Shown: positions 1 through 14,764, counted from the first letter of the stretch. The stretch: 64,000 nucleotides of DNA from an uncultured Gemmatimonadales bacterium (GCA_963798085.1 CAWCRS010000008.1:192001-256000), one strand, 5' to 3'. Notes: generated by a model from the letters alone, not told the origin. A program made the numbers and translations.

Positions 1-377
1 TACACCGCGCCCGCGCCAATACCGCCCAGGATCGCGCCCGCGTACAGCAGCGGCAGTGTGTTGGCGATGGAGTTGAGCACCCACGCGGCGGTCACCAGTA
101 ACGCGGCTGTTACGACGACGACGCGCGGACCGAAGCGGTCGACGAGGTAGCCTTCAATGGGCACGAGCCAGGTCTCGGTGAGCACGAAGAGCGTGAACGC
201 GACCTGGATCGCGGGGCGGCCCCAGTGCCAGGTGTCGTTGATGGGGTTCACGAACAGCGTCCAGCCGTACTGCAGGTTGGCGATCATCGACATGCAGATG
301 ACGCCCACCAGCAGCTGCAGCCAGCGGCCGCGTGGCACTGTGCGCGTCGCGCTGCCGGATGCGGCGGATCCGTTCAT
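1..377 (-). CDS. oxlT: OFA-family MFS transporter (oxalate/formate antiporter-like), 5' part; runs off window start
   Basis: Own translation (not in ORF track): MNGSAASG...RWLQLLVGVICMSMIANLQYGWTLFVNPI...AIQVAFTLFVLTETWLVPIEGYLVDRFGPR, a typical OxlT N-terminus; GGGAG RBS upstream. Confidence 0.85.
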   Translation of the reverse strand, partial: MNGSAASGSATRTVPRGRWLQLLVGVICMSMIANLQYGWTLFVNPINDTWHWGRPAIQVAFTLFVLTETWLVPIEGYLVDRFGPRVVVVTAALLVTAAWVLNSIANTLPLLYAGAILGGIGAGAV

Positions 378-486
378 GACGCGGGGCTCCCGTGCTTTGA
401 GGTGGGGCGCAAAGTGGCGAGCCCGGCACGCGGCGGCAAGGCGGCCTTCGCCGCGGCATGCCGCACGTGCAGCGCGCGCGAACGGA

Positions 487-2925
487 TCACTCCATGCGTA
501 GTGTCTCGACGGGCGAGATCCGGCTGGCCCGGCGCACGGGCAACCACGCGGCCGCAAGGCCAGCGACGAGCAGGAGCGCGGCGGCGGCTGCAAGCGAAAG
601 CGGATCGATCGGCCGCACGTCGAACAGCTGCGACGCCAGCACGTGCCCGCCGATGACAGCGCCCAGCACGCCGGCCAGCGCGCCCGCACCCAGCACGCGC
701 AGGGCATCGCCCAGCACCAGGCGACGCACGTTGCGCGCGGTCGCGCCCAGCGCCATGCGCACGCCGATGTCGCGCGCCTGCTGGCGCACACTCGACGACA
801 GCACGCCGTAGAGGCCGATCACGGAGAGCAGCAGGGACACCGCGCTGACGCCGGTCATCAGCAGCGCGCTCATGCGCGGTCGCGCGAGCGGCGCCTCCAG
901 CAGCTGATCCATGGTCTGCGTGCGCCAGATCAGCAGGTCGGGATTCACCTCGCGGGTGGCGGCGCGCAGGGCCGGCAGCATGGCGGCCGGCGGCCTCGTC
1001 GTGCGCACGACTAACAGACCGTTCCAGAAGGGATCGATCTGATCCCAGTCGAAGTACACGACCGGTCCGACGGCCTTCAGCTCGCGGAAGCGGGTGTCGC
1101 GCGCCACACCGGCGACCGTCCATGTGTCGCTCCGCATTGCCGGCTGCTCGTTCACCAGTTGTTTGCCAATCGGACTCTCACCGGGCCAGAGCTGTCGTGC
1201 GAGCGTCTCATTGATCACGACGACTCTCCCGGAACTCCTGGTGTCTGCCGTGGTGAAGCCGCGCCCCTGAACGATGGGGATGCGCAAGGTGCGGAAGTAA
1301 TCCGGCCCCACGAACTCGAAGGGGACGAACGGCACGTTCTCGCGCTGTGTCGACGGCTGGTCCGCACGCGTCAGCTTCATGATGTAGAACGATTGACCCT
1401 GGAACGGCATCTGCTCGATGGGCGTGACTGCCACGACGTCGGGTGTGGCCTCGAGGCGAGCGACCAGTGCCTTCGCCACTTCGTGGATCCGCGGATCGTC
1501 CGGGAGCACGCTCTGCGGAGCAGTGAACGAGAGAACCCAGAGGTGATCGGGCTGGTAGCCGAGGTCCATGAACTCGAGGTGCGCCAGCGTACGGACCAGC
1601 AGGCCGGCGCCGGTGAGCATCACCACTGCGAGCGCGATCTGCGTCGCGACCAGCCAGCGCCGCGCACGTCGGCGGAAACGGCTTTCCATTCCGGTCCGCG
1701 AATCGCTGCGCAATGCGGCGTACGAATTGATGCGCGACGCGATCACGCTGGGCAGCACGCCGAACAGCACCATGCCCAGTCCTGTGACCGTCGCCGCCAG
1801 CGCCAGAGGCGTGCTCATGGCGCCGAGCGCGTCACTGCGCGGCAGTCCGGGTGGCGCGGCCGCGCGGATCACGCGCAGCAGCACGAGTGCGGCGAGCAAT
1901 CCGAGTGCGCCGCCGATGGCACCGAGCACTGCGTTCTCGACCACGAACAGCCGGCCGACATTGCCTGCGGTAGCGCCCAGTGCACGGCGCACGACAATGT
2001 CGCGCGTGCGGCCGAGCAACCGCACCAGCATGAGGTTGCCAATGTTGAAGCAGGCGATGAGCAGCAGCAGCCCGACCGCGAGCGTGAGTGCAATGAGGAC
2101 CGGCCGCGAACTGCCCAGCACGGTTTCCGCAAACGACTCTGCCGCTACGCCCGCCACCACGAACGTCTGTGGCGAAACATTCTGGCCCGGTCGCGTGCTG
2201 GTGAACGGATTCACGCGCTGCGTCAGCGCGAACAGTCGTGACCTCGCGGATTCCATGGTCACGCCGGTTGCGAGACGGGCGATGATGTCGACCTGGCCGG
2301 TGAAGTCCGGCGGAATCGGCAGCCACGCAGCGACGCCCGCCGGGTACTCGAATCCTGCGGGCGCCACCCCCACGATTTGTGCGCGCTGCCGTGTGTAGGG
2401 CATGGTGAGCGAACGGCCGATGACACCAGGATCGCCTCCGAAGCTTCGGCGCCACGCGACATTGCTCAATACAATCACCGGCGGTGCGCCCGCGGCGCCA
2501 TCCTCCGGCCGGAAGAACCGCCCCACCACGGGTCGCATGCCGAGCACATTGAAGAAGTTCGCGGTAGCGTTCACCAGCCCCAGCTCGACCGACACATCTC
2601 CATTCAGCAGTGGTGCCGGCTGTGTGCCCAGGTGGTACACGCCGGCAACGCCCTGAAACACGCCACTGTCGCGGCCAATCTCCGGCAGGTACGCGAAGGG
2701 CGCATCCAGGTGCGTTCCCTTGCTGTCGAGCGGGTGCATGATGGCGACGCGGTCCTGCGCCGCGACCGGCAGCCGGTCCAGTAACACGGTCTTGCAGACC
2801 GTGAACATCACTGTAGACACGCCAATCGCGAGGGCGAGGATGAGGATGGTGGTGAGTGCGAAGGCGGGGGCGCGGCGCAGTGCGCGCAATGCGAGTCGGA
2901 GGTCTCCGGGAATCGTCGCCATCAT
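487..2925 (-). CDS. ADOP-type duplicated ABC permease (MacB_PCD/FtsX x2)
   Basis: DLRLALRALRRAPAF N-terminus, LLLLIACFNIGNL, DIGVRMALGA, RRASRISPVETLRME C-terminus; start chosen at MMATIPG. Confidence 0.9.
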   Translation of the reverse strand: MMATIPGDLRLALRALRRAPAFALTTILILALAIGVSTVMFTVCKTVLLDRLPVAAQDRVAIMHPLDSKGTHLDAPFAYLPEIGRDSGVFQGVAGVYHLGTQPAPLLNGDVSVELGLVNATANFFNVLGMRPVVGRFFRPEDGAAGAPPVIVLSNVAWRRSFGGDPGVIGRSLTMPYTRQRAQIVGVAPAGFEYPAGVAAWLPIPPDFTGQVDIIARLATGVTMESARSRLFALTQRVNPFTSTRPGQNVSPQTFVVAGVAAESFAETVLGSSRPVLIALTLAVGLLLLIACFNIGNLMLVRLLGRTRDIVVRRALGATAGNVGRLFVVENAVLGAIGGALGLLAALVLLRVIRAAAPPGLPRSDALGAMSTPLALAATVTGLGMVLFGVLPSVIASRINSYAALRSDSRTGMESRFRRRARRWLVATQIALAVVMLTGAGLLVRTLAHLEFMDLGYQPDHLWVLSFTAPQSVLPDDPRIHEVAKALVARLEATPDVVAVTPIEQMPFQGQSFYIMKLTRADQPSTQRENVPFVPFEFVGPDYFRTLRIPIVQGRGFTTADTRSSGRVVVINETLARQLWPGESPIGKQLVNEQPAMRSDTWTVAGVARDTRFRELKAVGPVVYFDWDQIDPFWNGLLVVRTTRPPAAMLPALRAATREVNPDLLIWRTQTMDQLLEAPLARPRMSALLMTGVSAVSLLLSVIGLYGVLSSSVRQQARDIGVRMALGATARNVRRLVLGDALRVLGAGALAGVLGAVIGGHVLASQLFDVRPIDPLSLAAAAALLLVAGLAAAWLPVRRASRISPVETLRME

Positions 2926-3184
2926 TCCATAGTGCCGAGTGTTACGGGCGGCGGCAACCCGGGTAACGGCGGCGCGATCTGCATCTTTCCGACAGGCGCT
3001 TCGATAACCTTTCGTTGGGGGCGCCAGACGGCGAGCCATTGTCCCGGGTACAGCGTGCCACTATCATCAGCGGTGGCTGGTCCTACCCAGATCGACCTTC
3101 CGCAACCGACTCCGCCTCACGATCCGTGACCAGCGTCAGTAGGCTGCACCGCTCTGGCGCACCAACGGAACACGGGGGGGAATC

Positions 3185-5410
3185 ATGCCGGTCGACGTTC
3201 GATCCATCATCAAGGAATCCATCCGTGAGGCGCTGCTCGAATCGAACGTGCGGGTCGTTCGGCTCGCGATCGACGGCGTCGAAGTAACACAGGCGATCCA
3301 GTACTACCATGCGGACCAGCACCTGACGGATCCCGCGGACCGGGGCCCGGACAACTCGGTCGCACTGGTGGCGGACAAGCCGGCCTATGTCCGGGTTTAC
3401 GTGCGCGGCCTCGTCGGGCGGATCAACGACGTGGTGGCAACGGTGATGCTGCAGCGACCCCGCAGTGGCACGTGGCGGGATGACGTCGTGCTCATGAAAG
3501 CGTGGCCCTACGGCGTGGATGCGCAGGTTGCGCCGGGCTACGATGCCGAGCGAGGCAGTGTCGCCAGCACGCTGAACTTCCTGATCCCGGCGGCGGCGAT
3601 GCGCGGCCACATGCGCCTGCACGTCAAGGTCGCTGTGGCAGGGAGTGGCGCATTCGCGACCGAGACCGATGTCGAGATCCACGCGCTGCTTCTGCAGACG
3701 CTGCGCATTCGCGGCATTCCGGTGCAGTACAGCGGCGACGATGGTGCGGGCAATCTGCTGACCCTGCCGGCAACGAATCTGGCGGATTTCCAGCGGACGG
3801 TGGCGACGACGCTCAGGATGTATCCGGTGTCAAAGACGCCGGACATCAGTCTCGCCGGACTCACCACCATCGGGACTCCACTGACGGGCAGCATGGCGAA
3901 CGGCGTTTGCCCTGCCAGCTGGGGCGAGCTGCTCGTGTGGCTGTCGATCGCGAAGTACTTCGACGGGAACCGGACGGACCGCCTGTATTTCGCGCTGTTG
4001 CCCAACGGGATTCCGATCGGCGACACGGGCGGTTGTGGAGGCGGTGGCGCCGTCGGCTCGACGTTCGTCGACCAGGGCATGGGCATGGCCCACGAGCTGG
4101 GTCACGTGCTGGGGCTGTCGCATGCGCCGGGCTGTCTTCCCCGGGACGATCGAACCTTCGACCCCGACTACCCCCGCTATGAGCCCTACGACAGGTTCCT
4201 CACGCGCATGGCGTTGATCGGCGAGTACGGCACGGATGCCACCGACAGTACGATCTACCCTCCGCGCTTCACCAGCGACTTCATGTCGTACTGCAGCAGC
4301 CGCTGGATCTCGCTGTACAACTATCAGAAGCTGCTGATGCACCCCGCACTCGATCCGCAGTGGGTATCGGATCCTAACAGCAAGTTTCCATTGTATCTCG
4401 ACGACAGCGTGCGTGACCCGTTCCGGCCGAAGAGCCCGGAGCCGACAGCGCCCTGGATGGGACGATCGGTTCACCTCCTGGCGGACCCCGATCCGGTGCC
4501 GCTCATCGTGCTGCTGGGCCGTGTCCAGGACGGTGTCATTGACATGCAGCGCGTACTGCGCCTCGAGACCCGTTCCACCGCGACCGGCCAGCGACTGCAG
4601 GGTGCGATCGCCGAAGCGATCGACAGCGACGGCCGCATTGTCGCCCGCGCGCCCGTCCGCTGGCACTCGGCGCAGGCTTGCGGGAGTTGCTCCTGCGGCG
4701 GAGGCGAGGATGACGGTCCTCCCACGGGCTTCGTCGAAGCGATCCTCCCCGAGAGCGCGGATTGTACGCTTGTCAGGATCACGCGCGACGGCGACACCGT
4801 CTGGTCACGACCTGCCACCTCGTTCCCGCCGACCGTCGCCATCGTCTCGACCGACGTCACGGACGATCAGCTCACGGTCCGGTGGGATGTGGCGTCGTCC
4901 GGAGAGTACCCGATAGAGAGCGTTCTGCGCTGGACCCCCGACGCGCAGCCGACGAACTGGCAGGTTCTCGCGGTGTCGCTGCTCCAGAACGAAGCTGTCG
5001 TACCGATCGAGATGCTCGCGTCCGGCACGGTACTGCTGCAGGTGCATGTATCGGACGGATTCTACGGCGTCGAATCCGAGCCCGTCCCGGTCGACATTCC
5101 GGTGCGCGATCCACGGCCCACCATCCTCGCGCCGGCTCAGGATTCGGCCGTCCGCGCAGGCTCGCTGCTCCGACTCTGGGGCACGGCTACCGGGAGCGAC
5201 GGGCATACCCTGCCGTCTTCCGCCATGCAATGGGAGCTCGATGGCGAACCGGTCGGCGACGGTGCCGAGGTCTGGATCGAGCTCGCGGAATGGGACGGTG
5301 AGCATCGCGCAACCCTGCGCGTCACGGAAGGCGATCGTTCGGCCTCCACCGCCGTCATCTTCCTCGCCAACTGCAGCGGCCGGCTCCCCTATCGCCTGCC
5401 GCGCGAATGA
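3185..5410 (+). CDS. Zinc metallopeptidase (metzincin, M66-like) with C-terminal beta-sandwich domains
   Basis: HELGHVLGLSH (HExxHxxGxxH) and Met-turn DFMSYC; LVADKPAYVRVY N-domain; no evident signal peptide. Confidence 0.75.
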   Translation: MPVDVRSIIKESIREALLESNVRVVRLAIDGVEVTQAIQYYHADQHLTDPADRGPDNSVALVADKPAYVRVYVRGLVGRINDVVATVMLQRPRSGTWRDDVVLMKAWPYGVDAQVAPGYDAERGSVASTLNFLIPAAAMRGHMRLHVKVAVAGSGAFATETDVEIHALLLQTLRIRGIPVQYSGDDGAGNLLTLPATNLADFQRTVATTLRMYPVSKTPDISLAGLTTIGTPLTGSMANGVCPASWGELLVWLSIAKYFDGNRTDRLYFALLPNGIPIGDTGGCGGGGAVGSTFVDQGMGMAHELGHVLGLSHAPGCLPRDDRTFDPDYPRYEPYDRFLTRMALIGEYGTDATDSTIYPPRFTSDFMSYCSSRWISLYNYQKLLMHPALDPQWVSDPNSKFPLYLDDSVRDPFRPKSPEPTAPWMGRSVHLLADPDPVPLIVLLGRVQDGVIDMQRVLRLETRSTATGQRLQGAIAEAIDSDGRIVARAPVRWHSAQACGSCSCGGGEDDGPPTGFVEAILPESADCTLVRITRDGDTVWSRPATSFPPTVAIVSTDVTDDQLTVRWDVASSGEYPIESVLRWTPDAQPTNWQVLAVSLLQNEAVVPIEMLASGTVLLQVHVSDGFYGVESEPVPVDIPVRDPRPTILAPAQDSAVRAGSLLRLWGTATGSDGHTLPSSAMQWELDGEPVGDGAEVWIELAEWDGEHRATLRVTEGDRSASTAVIFLANCSGRLPYRLPRE

Positions 5411-5504
5411 GCCGGCGGCGATCGAGCTGCTGCGCCCACACTGACACCCCTCTGCAAGGATGTCGCCAATGCCAACCATACCCTGGATCTGTTCGGCAAC
5501 GTTG

Positions 5505-5720
5505 ATGGCGGCACATTCCGGCCAGTTCACGGGCACGGAGCACGTGAACGAGAACGATTTCACGGGCTTTCCGGTCACGGGCAGCTGGGCCAGTGGCCGC
5601 ATCAGCTTCACGGTCCAGCGCTGTGCGGGCAACGTCAAGTACACAGCCGACATGCCCACCGATGACCTCGACGACCTGACCTTCAGCTCCAGTGCGGGCC
5701 CGCTTCACATCCACAAACAG
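5505..5720 (+). pseudogene. Possible remnant or small beta-rich protein
   Basis: Coding-like codons for GQFTGTEHVNENDFTGFPVTGSWASGRISFTVQR...; no clean start, and the open frame runs into the convergent kinase gene. Confidence 0.25.
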
Positions 5721-5857
5721 CGGAGTGCGCCGTTCATGCCGGCGCTCGCGGGCCGGCGCGCCGGCGCACTAACGCTTCGTCAGGCGTGCTGCTGCGCGTC
5801 CGAACCGTCGTGTCGGCTGCAGCGGCGGCGGCAACCCGGGCGCGAGGGCAGCGCATT

Positions 5858-8580
<2,723 letters not shown>

Positions 8581-8622
8581 GCATGACCCGACGCATCACG
8601 GAACGCGTGGTTAGTGCCCGGC

Positions 8623-11600
8623 TCACGAAATCACGTTCACCAGTCCGCCCAGACCGCGACGGCGCAGAAGCTCGTTGAAGGCGGCGACATCGCCGCGGAT
8701 GGCCTGCTGATAGCGCCCCGACACGGAGAGTAGATGCGTGTGCAGCACGCGCGCAACTTCGCGCTGCTGCGTGGTGGGCGAAAAGTCGGAGCTGCCCACG
8801 TCATTGGCCAGGTAGCCGAGCTGCGCGCCCAGCATCATGGGCCAGCGGATCACGTCCTGGCCGCGTCCCGTCTGCTTCAGCTGTGTCAGCTCGGCCTCGA
8901 CCGCAGCGAGCTTTCTGTCCAGCGAATCCGCGCTCGCGCGCAGATCCGCATTGGTGCCACCGGCGGCCGCACCGGCCGCCGAATCCGCGGCCAGCGTGCG
9001 TTGCAGTGACTGCAATTGCGCGCGCACCAGCTCCAGCCGGTTCACCATGTCGACGACGCCATCCAGATCATCGCGCAGCGACGTCAGCAGCGGCTGCTGC
9101 TGCGCAATGTCCTGCATTGTGCCTGTCGAGTTGGGATCCTTCAGCACCTCGAGCGGCTGCGTGTACTCGCGACCGGCCAGCGTCACGTGCACCGTGTACG
9201 TGCCGGGCGGCACCAGCAGTGACACCGGCGCAATGTCCGGCGAAGCACGCGTGCCGTCGCCGCCCACGCGCACCTCGGGCGCGTCCTCCGGCGCTGTGCG
9301 CATCTTGACGCTCTTCGACGCATCCGCGGCCAGGTCCCACCACACGCGATTGATGCCCGCCTTCGCCGGGCCCGTCAGCTTGCGCACGAGCTTGCCGCTG
9401 GCATCGGTGATGCGGATCTCCAGCGTCGAATCAGGCTTCGCCGCGCCGATCTGTGTGCTGTCGACAACGGTGTCAGCAGGCGACGACGCACTTCCCGCAT
9501 TCGCTGCGCGCGTCTGTGTTCTCGTCGCAGTCTGTGCTCCCCGGGCGGGCGTGGTTGCGCTCGTATCGCCCGGCGCACGCTTCAGCCAGTAGTGCAGGGA
9601 AGCGCCGTAGGTTGGATTCTGGCCCACCGTAGGATCGGCATCCGGCACGAACGGCGACTCGACACCGCGGAAGCGATAGGCCGACCGCGGCGCGAACAGG
9701 TGTCCATCGGCGGCCAGCGCATCCGGTGTCGCCTGCTCCAGTGCGGTGATGTCATCGAGGATCCAGAAGCCACGGCCGTAGGTCGCAATCACCAGGTCGT
9801 GGAAGTGCGGCTGGACCACGATCCAGTAGACGGGCGCGTGCGGCAGGTTCATCTGCAGCGGCTGCCAGTGGCCGCCGTCATCGAAGGAAACGTACATGCC
9901 GTTTTCCGTGCCGGCGTACAGCATGCCGCGGCGGACCGGGTCCTCGCGCACGATGTGCGTGTAGCTGAGCGGACTCTTCGGGATGCCGTCGACGATGAGT
10001 TTCCAGGTGTGGCCGAAATCACTCGTGCGATAGATCCAGGGATCGAAGTTGCCGGTCTGGTGCGCGTCCACGCTCAGGTACGCCGTGCCCGCATCCCAGC
10101 GCGAGGGCTCGATGTTGTCGATCGTGCCCCACTCCGGCAGGCCGGGCAGGTTCGCGCTCAGGTTGTCCCAGCTCTGGCCGCCGTTGCGCGTGACCTGCAC
10201 GCGGCCATCATTGGTCCCCGCCCAGATCAGCCCCGCCTGTACCGGTGATTCCGCAATGGCGAACACGACGCCGCTGTATTCGACGCCGATGTTGTCGGGC
10301 GTGAGCCCGCCCGAGCTGCCCATGCGCGTGGTGTCGTTGCGCGTGAGGTCCGGACTGATCACACGCCAGCTGTTGCCGCCATCCGTGGTCACGTGCACGT
10401 ACTGGCTGCCCACATACACGGTGTTATGGTCGTGCGGCGAGATGGTGAGCGGGAAGTTCCAGACGAAGCGGTACTTCACCGCCTTCGCCGGCCGGCCGAT
10501 GCTGGGCTCGGGCCAGACCTCGACTGCGTGCACCTGCTGCGTGCGCCGGCTGTAGCGCGTGACGATGCCGGACACGCTGCCGAAACCGCTGGCGCTCGAC
10601 CACACGACGTCGTCATCCACCGTATCCGGCGTGGCCCAGCCGCTCTCGCCGCCACCCACCGTGGTCCACGCGCCGCGCGAAATCTCGCCGCCATTGCGTG
10701 TGTTGCTCGTTCCCATCGCCGACGGACCATCCTGCCGGTTGCCGTAGACGCGGTAGGGCACGGCGTTGTCCACCTCGACGTGGTACACCTGCGCGATGGG
10801 CAGCTGCACGCGCAGCCATGTGCGGCCGCGATTCTCGCTGATCGACACTCCGCCATCGTGGCTCACGAACATGCGGTTGCCGTTCGTCGGATCGATCCAG
10901 ATGTCGTGGTGGTCGCCGCCCGGCGTCTCCGCGAAAGGTGGATCAATGACATGCTCGCCACCATCCAGCGTCTTCGACCACGACGCGGCCAGGAAGTACG
11001 CCTCGTTCTCGTCGTCGGGCATCACCGCCATGCGCGTGTAGTACGCGCCGCGGCCCGTGAGATTGCGATCCGTCGTCGTCATCTGCCACGTTGCGCCCGC
11101 GTCATCGGAGCGCCACAGCTCACCCGTGTCGGTGTCCTGCCCGTTCCAGGGCACGCCATCGCCGGTCTCGATCAGCGCATACACGCGGTTGGGATTGGAA
11201 CGCGCCACCGCCAGCCCGATCTTGCCCATGGCGTGTGTGGGAAGGCCATGGCCCTCGAGCCGCTTCCACGTGGTGCCGCCATCCGTCGACTTCCAGATGC
11301 CGCTGCCCGCGCCGCCACTCTGGCGACCCCACGTGTGGATCTCCAGCTGCCACGTGGCCGCGTACAGGATGCGCGCATTGGAAGGATCCATGACCACATC
11401 GATGGCGCCCGTGCTGTCGTTCACGAACAGCACGCGCTCCCACGTACGGCCGCCATCGCGCGTGCGGTAGACACCACGCGCCGGTTGCGGTCCGTAGCTG
11501 TGGCCCTGTGCGGCCACGAACACGATGTCAGGGTTGCCCGGATCGATGGCAATGCGCGCAATGCGGCCCGTGTTCTCGAGTCCCATGCGGCTCCACGTCC

Positions 11601-12014
11601 GGCCGGCATCGGTGCTGCGATAGACGCCGTTGCCCATCGAGATGTGGCTGCGGATGAAGGGCTCGCCCGTGCCCGCCCAGACGATGTTCGCATCCGAAGG
11701 CGCCACGGCGAGCGCGCCAATGGATTGCGCGGTCTGGTCATCGAAGATGGGCGACCAGTGGACGCCCGCCATCCGTCGTCTTCCAGATGCCGCCGGAGGC
11801 CGCGCCCGCGTAGTACGTGGTGCGGTCGCCGGGCACACCCAGCGACCGAGGACACGCGGTTGCCCTCCGGGCCGATGTAGCGCCAGCGCAGCTGCGCATA
11901 CGCTGCCGTATCAGGCGAGACGGCTGGGGGCGCCGGCGCGGGCGCGCGCCGCTGCGCCTGCAGCAGCGCCGGTGTCAACAGCAATGTCAGCAGCAGGGAA
12001 GAGAAGCGTGTCAT
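8623..12014 (-). CDS. Secreted VPS10/sortilin-like BNR-repeat glycosyl hydrolase; two frameshifts (~11839, ~11766)
   Basis: Signal peptide MTRFSSLLLTLLL, WRYIGPEGNRV, repeated S/T-x-D-G-G-x-T-W Asp boxes, C-terminal helical tail. Confidence 0.85.
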
Positions 12015-12078
12015 GGAACCACTCCGTGTGGTGGCCGCAGGGGCCGCGGCCTCGTCGAATTTCGCTTGCAGCTCTTTC

Positions 12079-14484
12079 TCAGCGCCCGGGCGGGATCGTC
12101 CGGATCTCGTAGCCATCAGGTGGCTGCTCGTCGCGCAGCCAGCGCACGAAATAATCCCAGCGTCGTCGCATCATGTAGTTGGATGCCGCACCGTAGCCAT
12201 GATTCGAGTTGGGAATCATGAGCAGGTCGAAGTCCTTGTTCGCCTTGATGAGCGCATCGGCCACAAGCATGGTCTGGTAGGGCGGCACGTTGGTGTCCAT
12301 GGTGCCGTGCGCGAGCAGCAGATGGCCCTTCAGGTTCTGCGCGAAGTTCTGGTTCGCCTCCGCCTCGTAGCTGTCGCTGCCATCCGCATTGCGGACGACG
12401 AGTCCCTGATAGCGCTCGCCCCAGTCGTCTTCGTTCTCGCGCTGGTCATGGTTGCCGGACTCGGCAATGCCCACCTTGAAGAAGTCGGGAAACCGGAACA
12501 TCGCAGTGGTGGTGGCGAAGCCACCGCCCGAGTGGCCCCAGATGCCCGCGCGCTGAATGTCGATCCAGCGATAACGCGCTGCCAGCTCGAACATGCCGGC
12601 GATCTGATCGGGAATCGTGTTGTCGCGGCCCATGGCGCCGTAGTACGCATCCTGGAACGCCTTCGAGCGGCCCGGTGTGCCCGTGCCATCGATGGTCACG
12701 ACAATGAAGCCCAGATCGGCCAGGGCCTGGCGATCGCCGCGCGCGGCCGTGAACGAACGGCTGCCGGTGCTGCCCGTCTGCGGGCCGGGATAGACGTTGT
12801 TCACGATCGGGTACTTCTTCGTGGAATCGAAATCAGTGGGCCGGAACAGCAGGCCGTAGATGTCGGTGCTGCCGTCGTGCGCCTTCATGCGGATCGGCAG
12901 GGGCGGCTTCCAGCCGGTGGCGAGCAGACGCGAGATGTCCGCCTGCTCCAGCGGCATCACTAACCGGCCATTCGCATCGCGCACTACCGCCACCGGCGGC
13001 ACATCCGGCTGCGAATACGTGTCCACCAGATAGCGGCCGTCCGGCGCGAGCTGCATGTCGTGGTTACCCACGCCGGGCGTGAGCGGCGTGTAGCCCTTCC
13101 CGTCCAGGCCAATGCGGTAGAAGTGCCGGAAGTACGGATCTTCGCCCGGCTCGCGGCCCTGTGCGCCGAACCACACCGTGCGCGTTGCCTCGTCCAGGCG
13201 AGCCATGGTCATGACCGGGCCCTCACCCAATGTGATGCGGTTCTTCAGCTGGCCGGTCGTGAGATCATACAGGTAGAGGTGCCCCCAGTTGTCGCGCTCC
13301 GAGTACCACACGAATTCGTTGCTGCCCCACAGCACTTTCCAGCCCGTGCGCGATTCGTACTGCGTGGGCACCGTCTCTTCGTAGACCTTGCGCACTTCAC
13401 CGGTTGCCGCGTCCGCCACACTCAGCCACGCGCGCTTGTGGTCCCGCGAGACGGAAGCGATGGCCAGCCGGGTCGCATCCGGACTCCAGTCGTAGTCGCT
13501 CATGCGGATGTCATCGCCCAGCGTGCCGCAATGGTAATCAGGCGGCATCCTCAGGCGCAGGACCGTGCCCGCGTCGACATCGATGATCACGCGGTGCAAC
13601 ATGGCCATGACGCTGTCGCCGGGCAGCGGGAACTTCGCGATGCGCAGGGCCGGGTGGCCCACGGGCTGTACGGGCGTGCTCACCAGGTACATCTCGCCCA
13701 CGCGGCGCTCGTCCTGCTGCTGGGTGGCGAGCTTCCGCGAGTCCGGTGACCACGCGACCATGGCGCGGTCGCTGCTGCTCCAGCCCGCGTTGTCCGTCGC
13801 GTAGCCGAAATACGCCTCGCCGTCCGTCGTGAGTGCGCGGTCCTGGCCTGTCGCCAGGTCGCGCACCCGCAGGTTCCAGTCGCGGATGTAAACCGCGTGT
13901 TTGCCATCGGGCGACACGTCGAGCGGCGGCTCGCCGGCGTTCCCGCCGGCCGCGCGTCCACCGCCTCGGCCGCCGCGTCCGCCCGCGCCGCCGCGGCCAC
14001 GTCCGCCCGCACCGCCCGGTCCCGCGGCAGCGCCAATGTTCGTGCACTTCGTGCCCATGACGTCGCAGGACCAGCGCCGCGCCCCGAGATCGAACGACAC
14101 AGCCTTCATGTCCGCCGCGACGTCGATCCCCTGGAAGGGCAGCTGCGTCGCGCTGTAATTCGCGCCGGTCCCGGCGGAGAGTGCGGCCGCGAGCTTCGCG
14201 TGATCGAACGCGGGCACGCGCGTTTTCCGTGCCGGATCGACCAGCATGAACGTGTACCCGTCCGCAGTCTGGCTGCGATACCAGAAGCGATCGCCGGGCA
14301 GCCAGTTCGCGTTGACCACGCCGCCCACCACGGTCCCGGCGAGGCTGGGCGCGAGAAAGCGTGCGGCGCGATCGTAGTCGGCCGCGGTGAGATGACGCTG
14401 CTGCGCGCCCCCCGCCCGGACGGCGACGGACGGGGCGAGACACGCCGCGACAATGAAGACAATGTGTCGGCTGCTCAATGACAT
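12079..14484 (-). CDS. S9 family dipeptidyl peptidase IV-like
   Basis: Signal peptide; GIWGHSGGG nucleophile; HGTMDTNV and HGY catalytic Asp/His motifs. Confidence 0.9.
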   Translation of the reverse strand: MSLSSRHIVFIVAACLAPSVAVRAGGAQQRHLTAADYDRAARFLAPSLAGTVVGGVVNANWLPGDRFWYRSQTADGYTFMLVDPARKTRVPAFDHAKLAAALSAGTGANYSATQLPFQGIDVAADMKAVSFDLGARRWSCDVMGTKCTNIGAAAGPGGAGGRGRGGAGGRGGRGGGRAAGGNAGEPPLDVSPDGKHAVYIRDWNLRVRDLATGQDRALTTDGEAYFGYATDNAGWSSSDRAMVAWSPDSRKLATQQQDERRVGEMYLVSTPVQPVGHPALRIAKFPLPGDSVMAMLHRVIIDVDAGTVLRLRMPPDYHCGTLGDDIRMSDYDWSPDATRLAIASVSRDHKRAWLSVADAATGEVRKVYEETVPTQYESRTGWKVLWGSNEFVWYSERDNWGHLYLYDLTTGQLKNRITLGEGPVMTMARLDEATRTVWFGAQGREPGEDPYFRHFYRIGLDGKGYTPLTPGVGNHDMQLAPDGRYLVDTYSQPDVPPVAVVRDANGRLVMPLEQADISRLLATGWKPPLPIRMKAHDGSTDIYGLLFRPTDFDSTKKYPIVNNVYPGPQTGSTGSRSFTAARGDRQALADLGFIVVTIDGTGTPGRSKAFQDAYYGAMGRDNTIPDQIAGMFELAARYRWIDIQRAGIWGHSGGGFATTTAMFRFPDFFKVGIAESGNHDQRENEDDWGERYQGLVVRNADGSDSYEAEANQNFAQNLKGHLLLAHGTMDTNVPPYQTMLVADALIKANKDFDLLMIPNSNHGYGAASNYMMRRRWDYFVRWLRDEQPPDGYEIRTIPPGR

Positions 14485-14764
14485 GGCGCCTCCATGCAGT
14501 TCTGTCCGGCAACCCGCTGATGATAGGGTGCCGCAACCGGCGGAGCGAGCGGGCGCGGTGAGAATGGATCGCGCTGCCGCGCGTCACTCATGCGGGCTCG
14601 CCTTCAAGGGAGCGGACCACGCGCACGCGCGGCGGTTCGCCCCGGAATCACGGGCCATCAACCACTGCTCCCTTGCCGCAGCTCATGCGAGGCACCAGGT
14701 GACGTTCGCAGGACGCACGATCGGCACAAACCGACTCGCCCGGCATTTCCGCTGGGCGATCCGG

